Below are positions 8,931 to 16,174 of a DNA stretch of 45,145 nucleotides, one piece after another. The first letter of the stretch is position 1; each line of letters starts with the position of its first letter. Below the pieces are notes generated by a model. It made no database searches. It saw nothing but the letters and a program-made list of their open reading frames with translations, and was not told the origin of the DNA. A program made the position numbers and the translations under genes. Origin of the DNA: a virus (taxonomy: Duplodnaviria; Caudoviricetes); the IMG/VR virus record IMGVR_UViG_3300025018_000223, positions 1 through 45,145 of that record; one strand, 5' to 3'.

Positions 8931-10025
8931 TTAGATGAAGTCGTGGGGGTCTGTGGGCCACACCGAAGTGGCCTCCGAGGTAATAGTAATAGGACTGGGG
9001 GCCTGCTGAATGTAGTGTTCATACTCCCTGTAATCGAGGTGTAGATAGGGGGAGTTTTGGTTGTAGGTGTGAAGTCCCGAAACGACGAGGTCGATAGCCT
9101 CGGGGAGGAGTCCCTGCCGCAGTAGGTTGTGTAACACAAGGGGGAGAGGCCCCCAGCAGAAATCAAGAGGAGCCATCGCTAGAACGGCCCGGGTGTTGGA
9201 GTCAGTGTTGTGGGGGTGAACCGAGAAGAAATCGGGCCTCCCACTCACTCCCGACATGATGTTACAACGTGCGGGGTCCGCTGCTAGGTAGAAGAAGGGG
9301 TCGATGCCGTTATCCCGCCGTGGGCTTGGAGGATTGTCCATGAGGGTGGGAAGGAATATGTAGAAGTTACCAAGGTCAATTATCCCCTTCTCCACCCCAT
9401 GGTCATCGTGTATGGGGGCGTGTACGTTTCGGATGTGGATGAAGGGAACCTTGTTGGGGGAGGTTGCTTGTTGGATGGTGTATTTCTTATGCACCTCAAG
9501 CACCGAAGCGAGACACCCCTCGAACGAGATGCCCGAACCTTGGGACTCCTCCCAACCCAGCCGGAGATTCTTGTCGAGAGTCTCCATCTGGCTTTGGACT
9601 CCTTTGAGACACGATGGGGGGCAAGTGGCCCCCACATTCAACTGTTTCCGTAGATGAGAAGCCAAGTCTCGGATAGCGATCTCCACCTGAGCGACGTGGA
9701 ATCGGGTGGGGTATAGGTTTCGGGAAACCACCTTGCAATGGTTGTAGTAAGTGGCGGCGAGGAGGGGGAGTTGGTCGTGGGTATATGTCGTAACCCCGTG
9801 GGGGGGTAACGACCCGTTGAGTGAGGGTTCGATAAATACGAATCGAGGTATCCGAGGACAGGAGTATTCCTCTGGGAGGCCCCAAGCATAAAAGCGGGGG
9901 CGAATCGCCCCCGAACTAGCCCACGCCCCAAGGTCGTTGAGGTTGGGTATGGGTGGGTTGTTGAGGTCGGTATACTGGTTTACAAAGGTGCGACTACACC
10001 ACTGAAAGGCGTTTTGGGTGGGCAT
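8931..10025 (-). CDS. Prokaryotic E2-like (UBC-fold) protein
   Basis: C-terminal region has HPH followed by a Cys (FCWG), then helices ending TYNQNSPY; located between Ubl and JAB; GGAG RBS. Confidence 0.7.
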   Translation of the reverse strand: MPTQNAFQWCSRTFVNQYTDLNNPPIPNLNDLGAWASSGAIRPRFYAWGLPEEYSCPRIPRFVFIEPSLNGSLPPHGVTTYTHDQLPLLAATYYNHCKVVSRNLYPTRFHVAQVEIAIRDLASHLRKQLNVGATCPPSCLKGVQSQMETLDKNLRLGWEESQGSGISFEGCLASVLEVHKKYTIQQATSPNKVPFIHIRNVHAPIHDDHGVEKGIIDLGNFYIFLPTLMDNPPSPRRDNGIDPFFYLAADPARCNIMSGVSGRPDFFSVHPHNTDSNTRAVLAMAPLDFCWGPLPLVLHNLLRQGLLPEAIDLVVSGLHTYNQNSPYLHLDYREYEHYIQQAPSPITITSEATSVWPTDPHDFI

Positions 10026-10054
10026 TGGTTCTCTCCAAAGGGGGGGATGGGTAT

Positions 10055-10089
10055 AGAAAGAGACCGGCCCCCCGTTGAGGGAACCGGCC
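10055..10089 (-). terminator. Intrinsic terminator-like hairpin after the Ubl gene
   Basis: Minus strand: GGCCGGTTCCC, short loop, GGGGGCCGGTC (11-bp stem with G-U pairs), then TCTTTCT. Confidence 0.65.
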
Positions 10090-10101
10090 CCGGGCTAGGG
10101 T

Positions 10102-10353
10102 TTAGGCAACCTTCTGCTTGTTGGGCGTCGCGGAAACAAGGTCATTGGTCTGGAGCACCTGCCCCGGGGTGGCCTGCTGGCGATTGATCGAGATGAGCCA
10201 GTCAGGGTTATCGAGCCGCATCCCACTCAGGCAGGGGACGTAATCCCCCAACTGGTCAACGGTGGCTCCCGCCGGGAGGTCAATGACCTGCCGGAGACCC
10301 TCAGTGAGGGTGGAGACGAGAACAATCTGAACGGTGCTTTCACTACTGGACAT
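10102..10353 (-). CDS. Ubiquitin-like beta-grasp protein (ThiS/MoaD-like), 83 aa, C-terminus ...TPNKQKVA
   Basis: IDLPAGATVDQL, ISINRQQA, VLQTNDLVSATP pattern; AGAAAGG RBS before ATG 10353; first gene of the E2-JAB-E1 run. Confidence 0.85.
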   Translation of the reverse strand: MSSSESTVQIVLVSTLTEGLRQVIDLPAGATVDQLGDYVPCLSGMRLDNPDWLISINRQQATPGQVLQTNDLVSATPNKQKVA

Positions 10354-10497
10354 GATATACCTTTCTGACTCCCAAAGGGGGTCCGACCTGCCCCCAACGT
10401 AAGAAGCATCAGGCCGGGGGCGATACCTGATGCAGTAACAAAGCAGGAGCCGATCTTTCGATCGACCCCTACTGCGAGCGATACCCATCCCTTGGAG

Positions 10498-11634
10498 TCA
10501 GGGGGATGTGTTCGCCGCGTCCTCATCCCCAGAGGTATCTTGTTCGGAGAGGTTGCCCCGTCCAAAGAACAGCCGATAGTCGGGCCACTGGGGATCATCA
10601 CAGGGCCAAGAAGGTTGATCCCCCTCTGATAGATTGGGATCATTGGGGAAGAGGAGATTATAGACCCGCTGGAGCCTGTCATAGTTAGACAGGGAGACGC
10701 CAAGCACCTCAGCGAAGGAGGTAGCGATAACCGCACGGAACCGAGTGTGTAGGAACGTGTGGAGGTATTGATGACGGGTGCAATCCCCCAAAGGGCTATA
10801 GGGCGAGGTAGTCCAGTAGTAGTTACTTCGCGGATCAAGACTCCGAAGCATGGCTTCCTTCAGGCGGGGGAGAATGGGGTTTCCCAGCCGGTACTCGACA
10901 ACAAGGTACTGGACCCCTTCATGGAGTGTGGTTGGAGGCGGTGATACACCTAGACTGGGGAGCCACGGGAGGAACATGCTTGGGTAGTACGAAAAGGGGT
11001 GGGACGAGCGCCTCGTGCGGAGGGTGTAGGGGCTTCGCGTGAGGGCGGCTCGGAGCCGCTGGATGAGTTTTGTAACCAGAGGCCGAACGATATAGGTATA
11101 GTGGTTTTGGGCTTCCGTCTTGAGCCGGGAAACCATCTGTAGATGTTTTGGGGGGGGACCGTCCCTCCATATATCGCTCACGAGGTTCCAGTCATAGGAG
11201 AACCGAAGTGGCCGGATGTAGGAACTCGGGAGAAGAAAGGTCTTACCCTTGTTGGTGATGAGTGTGTAGCCACCAAGGGGCGTGATGCTTATGCCCGTGA
11301 TTCTTGCCAGTTCGGAGTAATACTCTGCGGTTCCCTCTGGGTGGGGGGTATCTCGGGGGCGGATGAGCCTCCAAGAGGATTCCCCACCGGGCACCCGAAA
11401 ACTACGGTGGTCGTTCGGACCCCCCTGAAGAGACAAGTGATAGGCGGAGGACCCACTGTGTGTGGGGTAATAGAGATATACGCTGCTATCCCCTTCGGGT
11501 TCGGTGCGTATCCAGAGACGCCCCTCCGCTTGGGGGGGTGGTTCGGATGGTGCTCGTCGAACATCGAGTGTCTCTTTGGGGGGAAGCGTAATGCACACAC
11601 GACCATCATGCTCTGAGAGTGGGTACGGTTCCAT
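10498..11634 (-). CDS. Hypothetical protein, 378 aa
   Basis: AAGGAG RBS before ATG 11634; long ORF. Confidence 0.7.
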   Translation of the reverse strand: MEPYPLSEHDGRVCITLPPKETLDVRRAPSEPPPQAEGRLWIRTEPEGDSSVYLYYPTHSGSSAYHLSLQGGPNDHRSFRVPGGESSWRLIRPRDTPHPEGTAEYYSELARITGISITPLGGYTLITNKGKTFLLPSSYIRPLRFSYDWNLVSDIWRDGPPPKHLQMVSRLKTEAQNHYTYIVRPLVTKLIQRLRAALTRSPYTLRTRRSSHPFSYYPSMFLPWLPSLGVSPPPTTLHEGVQYLVVEYRLGNPILPRLKEAMLRSLDPRSNYYWTTSPYSPLGDCTRHQYLHTFLHTRFRAVIATSFAEVLGVSLSNYDRLQRVYNLLFPNDPNLSEGDQPSWPCDDPQWPDYRLFFGRGNLSEQDTSGDEDAANTSP

Positions 11635-11757
11635 AAGGCAACTCCTTGGGATGGGAATAGAAACAAGACCGGGGTGTGGGATCGAACCACACACCAACCC
11701 CCCGGAGGTGGAGGGGGGTATACTACCGTTATACGACCCGGGCCGTGGAGGGGCATA

Positions 11758-12054
11758 TCAGCGACTACGGGCTGTGAGGTAGAGAATGGGTAGGGCCAAC
11801 AACACATTGGCGGGAGTAACTTCCTCGCCGATGAGGATGTTGTCAGCGATATCGCATAACCACTGCATGTAGACTCCGGGGTCGTTGAGTTCCCGGGCAT
11901 CTATCTCCGCAATACGGAGGTCAGTAGGTGCTGGCTCGAACTGAGAGTCTTCTATCTGCCCGTTATCGTACAGATACGAGTGGCTCCCGCCGGTTCCTTC
12001 GATGCACGGGGGTGTAATAACGACGTAGAGCCGTGGCCGAATGCTAGGTTTCAT
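11758..12054 (-). CDS. Hypothetical protein, 98 aa
   Basis: TAAGGAG RBS before ATG 12054. Confidence 0.7.
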   Translation of the reverse strand: MKPSIRPRLYVVITPPCIEGTGGSHSYLYDNGQIEDSQFEPAPTDLRIAEIDARELNDPGVYMQWLCDIADNILIGEEVTPANVLLALPILYLTARSR

Positions 12055-12092
12055 GGGTAACTCCTTACTAAGAAAGGGGGATGAGGATAGTA

Positions 12093-12127
12093 ACAAAGAC
12101 ACACGCCCCCATTTCTGGGAGCGTGTG
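12093..12127 (-). terminator. Intrinsic terminator-like hairpin
   Basis: Minus strand CACACGCTCCC-AGAAAT-GGGGGCGTGTG followed by TCTTTGTT. Confidence 0.65.
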
Positions 12128-12149
12128 GTTGGGTGTTTGATAATGCCTA

Positions 12150-12548
12150 GAGTTAGACCCTGCCGCCCCCCAAGGAGTGGCAGTGTTGAGCGAAAGGCGG
12201 TTCCCCCGACCCGTCCCCGTTAGAAGCGGGGGTCGCGGGGGAAGCAGGCGATCCGTTAGGAAAGCACAACCCTAGCGTAGGCCAATCCACTCACGCGGGG
12301 GACGGCGTACGATGCTAGGGTTCCGTAGGACAACAGGTGCTCCGAAGAGACCAAGCGACCACTACACACCCGAAGGTCAGTAGTGGGTTTATTGGGGGAC
12401 CCCAATTCGCTCCCGCCGACGATACCGAGTGGTACCCGCGTTATGGAGTAGTTGGGGGGCTGCATTGACCGCCGCTGGTAAGCGGCTCCGCCCTACGGAC
12501 GTTGCTCAATCGACTAGGCTCTAACCCCATCGTGTAGTGGGGTATTTA
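12150..12548 (+). ncRNA. Candidate large structured non-coding RNA (~400 nt, family unknown)
   Basis: More than 12 complementary helix pairs, including long-range closing stems and a pseudoknot; non-Watson-Crick positions read as G-U on the plus strand; no convincing ORF. Confidence 0.65.
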
Positions 12549-12549
12549 T

Positions 12550-12582
12550 GGGGGTGGGGGGGGGGGGGGGGGGGGGGGGGGG
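12550..12582 (+). repeat. Poly-G tract (G5-T-G27)
   Basis: Read directly from the sequence. Confidence 0.9.
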
Positions 12583-12995
12583 CGTGTGCCGCGAGGGGTT
12601 TTTTGCCCGACATCTAATTCTGCCCTAACAAACGCAGAAGTCTACCGAAAAACCGAAAATCGCGGGCGTTTTTTCGCAAGTCGAGCAATTGCAAGGGTTT
12701 GTGGGCGATAATTTTTGGCGAAGTGGGCCGAAATTATGCGATGTTCGGGTTTTGTTCGCCCTAACAGAATTGGGTATTTTTGGGGTGGGTCCGGGGCGCT
12801 GGTTGGGGTCCAGACGGGGTGTCCGCCGTGGAATGGTGGCCATCTAGGGAGTGAGCAGCGTACGGGCTGGATGGTATGGGAGCGCCCCGACCCGTCTAGG
12901 TGTTACGATTCATCTGTATTGGTGAATGGTTGGGGGTGGTTTAGGAACACGAAGGGGAACCCCGACCCGTCGTGGGGGGGTGTGGATGGGTCGGG

Positions 12996-13063
12996 GTTGG
13001 GTGGTTGATAGTTCTGCTGCGGGGCACGGGTTGGGGAAATGTTGGGTGGTTGATATTTCTGCC
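12996..13063. repeat. Direct repeat GTTGGGTGGTTGATA(G/T)TTCTGC x2, 45-bp spacing
   Basis: Copies at 12996-13017 and 13041-13062. Confidence 0.85.
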
Positions 13064-13167
13064 CCACGAGGGATGATTCTAAGGGCGGTTGGGTATCGCG
13101 TCGGGGAGGCCGATCGGGCGGGCAAGGGCGGGCGCGGGGTGGATCGACGGGGGCGGATGGGCGCATG

Positions 13168-13198
13168 AAAAAACCCGCCGGGGGTGAACCCGGCGGGT
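13168..13198 (-). terminator. Rho-independent terminator
   Basis: Perfect inverted repeat ACCCGCCGGG/CCCGGCGGGT plus an A-run (U-tract on minus), directly downstream of 13210-13638. Confidence 0.9.
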
Positions 13199-13209
13199 CG
13201 TGGGGCAGT

Positions 13210-13638
13210 CTACTTCTTGGGCTTGGGGACGACCTTAGACGCTGCGTCTATGAGCGCTTCCCAGCCTTCGCCCATTCCGGCCAGTCTCGCGGACAGGTCG
13301 CTGGGCGGATACCCAAGTGCCTCCAGTCTGGAGTAGACTTCGAGCGCGGTCAGTAGGGGCAACTGGATGGTCCCGGTTTTATCCTTGTACATCACGACGC
13401 CCCCGATGCGGACGTTGCCGTCTGTAAGGGTGAATGACAAGTTACCGTTCGCCGAGGGCTGGATCCAGAACATCGGTACGCCCTTATGGACGAGCAACAC
13501 TTGGCGCGCTGCCAAGCGGGCATCGGTGGGGGCGGCGGGGGTGCCCAAGCCCTTCAATCGACCCATAAGGGTTTGAAGGTCCGGGTCCGTGGCCGGGGCC
13601 GGGGCGGTCTTCACAACAGTTTTTCGAGCCAGTGCCAT
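13210..13638 (-). CDS. Hypothetical protein, monocistronic, 142 aa
   Basis: GGAG RBS and its own terminator. Confidence 0.8.
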   Translation of the reverse strand: MALARKTVVKTAPAPATDPDLQTLMGRLKGLGTPAAPTDARLAARQVLLVHKGVPMFWIQPSANGNLSFTLTDGNVRIGGVVMYKDKTGTIQLPLLTALEVYSRLEALGYPPSDLSARLAGMGEGWEALIDAASKVVPKPKK

Positions 13639-14274
13639 AACGTGAACTCCATTCGGTACACCTAGGTGTTAGGTTATCTACTCCGCCCATAGGTGTACCG
13701 TAGGGTGGGGGGAGTAGACGTATTCGGTTGAGAATGAGCGAATGTACGCCGGCGGAGGCTAGGGTAGCGGGCGAGGCCGGTCAAGTGGGAATAAGGGTAT
13801 GGAGCGCGAATAGGGTATTTACCCTAGGCAAGATAATATACATCCCTAACAGAAACCTAACATACCCCTACCCTAACAGAATCCTAACGGGCACGGGGGC
13901 CGGCAAGTGAGAGAGGGGGGCAGGGGGGGGGAACCCCCTTAGGGGGGCGGCACGCAGCGGGGGGGAACCGTAACACATTCAACAATTTCCCCCCAAAAAC
14001 CCAACAACTTCCTTCCAAAATCCCACCACACCCCCATCCCACCCCCAGAAACCATAGACAGCAACGTAAACTTCTTCACAACCACCCACCGGCCACCCAC
14101 CGGCCACCTTTCGACCCCTATAGGAAATATAGAACTTGGTCGTAAGTACCTTCACGTTGGTGTATATAACACACCCCCGCCTGTCCCTTTCAGCCTAAGG
14201 TATTCCCCTTAGGTAGTATCCCCTATATCTCTCTACAATCCGCCCAATCTTCATCCCTTTTCTGGTTCTCCCCC

Positions 14275-14303
14275 TTGACTTCCCCAAAACACCCCACTAA
14301 GAT
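14275..14303 (+). promoter_or_regulatory. Sigma70-like promoter
   Basis: TTGACT-17 bp-TAAGAT upstream of the plus-strand arm. Confidence 0.55.
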
Positions 14304-14460
14304 TACATCGGAGCGGTCCATCTCCTCTTCTTCTCTCTCTTTCTTAGGGGGCCAGCCAGCCCCGTAACAATGTTACGCTTCGTTCTGATTCTCCTATGTC
14401 TCGATGGGGCCCCAGACACCCCCGGGCGTGAAAAACTTACGATCAATTCCTATTTTTTCC

Positions 14461-14488
14461 TAGACTTCTACCCCGACCCGTCTATCAT
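14461..14488 (+). promoter_or_regulatory. Sigma70-like promoter with the 12-mer in its spacer, possibly giving a leaderless mRNA
   Basis: TAGACT-16 bp-TATCAT; CCCCGACCCGTC at 14471-14482; ATG at 14494 has no SD. Confidence 0.5.
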
Positions 14489-14493
14489 TAGGC

Positions 14494-15024
14494 ATGGAAA
14501 ACGACCCCAAAGCCCGTGCCCGAGCCACATCCAAGAAGTGGTACGCCAAGAACCGAGCCGCCATCCTCGCCAAGAAGAAGGCTCAGTACCTCTCTCGCCG
14601 TCTGGACCCCGCCCAGCAGCCCTTCCTCGAAGCCGAGAGGGCAGAAGCCCGCCTACGTGCCCTACAGCGTCTGGAGGCCGCTCAAGCCGGCCACGACGCC
14701 CTGTTGGCTAAGCGAGCCCACGACCGCCGTGAAGCCTACTACCGTGAGTTCTGGGACAAACGGGAGCGAGAGCATCCCGAGTGGCCCAACCGCACCGAGT
14801 ATGCCAAGTGGAGGGAGGAGACGGTTGCCTTCTACAAGGAGCACTACCCGGAACTCCCAGACCCCGGAGACCCCGGCTACCCGGACACCAACCCGGACCA
14901 CTCAAGCAAGGGCCTCCAAGGAGCCAATGCCCGATTCGAAGCCCGCCGCAAGTACCAGCGAGAGTATATGAGACGCTACCGGGCGAAGCAGAAATCCAAG
15001 CCCAAGCCTCCTACAATAGAGTAA
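14494..15024 (+). CDS. Basic helical protein, possibly nucleic-acid binding
   Basis: KKWYAKNRAAILAKKKAQY and KYQREYMRRYRAKQK segments. Confidence 0.7.
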   Translation: MENDPKARARATSKKWYAKNRAAILAKKKAQYLSRRLDPAQQPFLEAERAEARLRALQRLEAAQAGHDALLAKRAHDRREAYYREFWDKREREHPEWPNRTEYAKWREETVAFYKEHYPELPDPGDPGYPDTNPDHSSKGLQGANARFEARRKYQREYMRRYRAKQKSKPKPPTIE

Positions 15025-15059
15025 CCCCGAAGAACCCCTTTCTGATAGGAGGCCCCCCT

Positions 15060-15467
15060 GTGGCAGACGACACTAAACCCCTCCAGCCCGAACCCGGAAT
15101 GCCCCACCGCCTCACCTTTGGACAGTTGCCCGATGGCCGGCTTATCCCCTTGGACGGGTCGGGGTACGTCCTCTCTCCCCCCACCCAAGAACATGCCGGA
15201 CCCCCGCCGACGCCGCCCTCCATCGGTTGTCTCTCAGGCTACCCCACCCGAGTTGTGGTGGCCCTCCGCTTCGTGGACAAGTATCTCGACGCCGCCATCC
15301 CCACGGTCAATGAATCGGGCATCGTGGAGGGTTCCGCTTACGAGATGGACAACGATGAGTTGGCGACCCGCAACGCAGCACTCGAACTTCTCCGCAACTA
15401 CTTCTCCGGTGAAGTAAATTGCGGTGATTACCCTACGGTCGCCACTCCGGAACCGGAGTTCGGATAA
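15060..15467 (+). CDS. Hypothetical protein
   Basis: AGGAGG RBS plus GTG at 15060; stop coupled to the next ATG. Confidence 0.7.
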   Translation: MADDTKPLQPEPGMPHRLTFGQLPDGRLIPLDGSGYVLSPPTQEHAGPPPTPPSIGCLSGYPTRVVVALRFVDKYLDAAIPTVNESGIVEGSAYEMDNDELATRNAALELLRNYFSGEVNCGDYPTVATPEPEFG

Positions 15468-16174
15468 TGCCGGACCCCGGGCCCCATCCCATCGCCGCCA
15501 ACACGACTGCTGAGATGCCAGAACCCCTGACTCCCGAGCGGGAACTGGAAACTCACCACCTCCTCGCTGCCGGGAACCACGGGGATTTAGTGGCCCACGC
15601 GAAGAGAATCAAAGATCGAATGATGGAGAACCTCCTCAACTTCCACGCACCCCTCTCTCTCGCGGAGGCTCTCGCTCTCAATGACTACACCCTCCAAGAG
15701 GAGGTTGAACTGCTCGTTACCCTCGCCCGAAACACCGAAGACCCCAAGACCCAACTCTCCGCCTCCAAAACTCTTCGCGCTCTGACGCTAGACATTATGA
15801 AAAACTCAGGTATGATTGTTGATACGAGGATGCGGAGCCAAGCCACCGACGCCCACGGTAACGTTATAGAGGGGGAGCGCAGTCTCCGCTCGATCACATC
15901 CTCCTCCCACACCATGCTGTTGGAAGCCCAGAAAGGCGCCACCCATGCCGAAAGTCAAGAAAACCACGGAGAGGCCCCCGGAGAGTCCCGACTCGCCCAC
16001 TACATCAAAGAGCCCGACGATCCCAAAGCCCCCCGAGGTCTCTGTTCCACCCCCCTCGTCACCAGAGACCCCAGTTCGGATGACGCCCTTGGAGTTGGAG
16101 GAACTCTCGGAGGAACTCTCGAAGGAACTCCAGATTCATCTGACGCCCCCGCAGTACCAACGGGAAGTCCGTAA
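15467..16174 (+). CDS. Possible terminase small subunit
   Basis: Helical protein upstream of TerL; assignment is positional only. Confidence 0.4.
   Translation: MPDPGPHPIAANTTAEMPEPLTPERELETHHLLAAGNHGDLVAHAKRIKDRMMENLLNFHAPLSLAEALALNDYTLQEEVELLVTLARNTEDPKTQLSASKTLRALTLDIMKNSGMIVDTRMRSQATDAHGNVIEGERSLRSITSSSHTMLLEAQKGATHAESQENHGEAPGESRLAHYIKEPDDPKAPRGLCSTPLVTRDPSSDDALGVGGTLGGTLEGTPDSSDAPAVPTGSP

Larger units (their letters stand above)
12623..13881 (+). repeat. CCCTAACA(GAA) iteron-like repeats
   Basis: CCCTAACAGAA at 12759, 13844 and 13871; CCCTAACA at 12623; CCTAAC also at 13856 and 13883. Confidence 0.7.

Noticed and set aside
6606-10353. Thiamine or molybdopterin biosynthesis auxiliary genes (thiF/thiS)
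   Set aside because: No thiG, moaE or other pathway genes; E2-like and JAB genes are present; the Ubl lacks the GG terminus
7600-12200. Absence of the 12-mer over the JAB-E2-Ubl genes as evidence of recent acquisition
   Set aside because: A similar gap of about 5 kb covers the scaffold and capsid genes (19.7-24.9 kb), so the gap is not diagnostic
12145-12545. Assigning the structured region to tmRNA, RNase P, a group I intron or the raiA motif
   Set aside because: No tRNA-like ends, no GAGGAAAGUCC, and no S element after the GACTA at 12512. A few short stretches recall raiA from memory, but this needs a covariance-model search.
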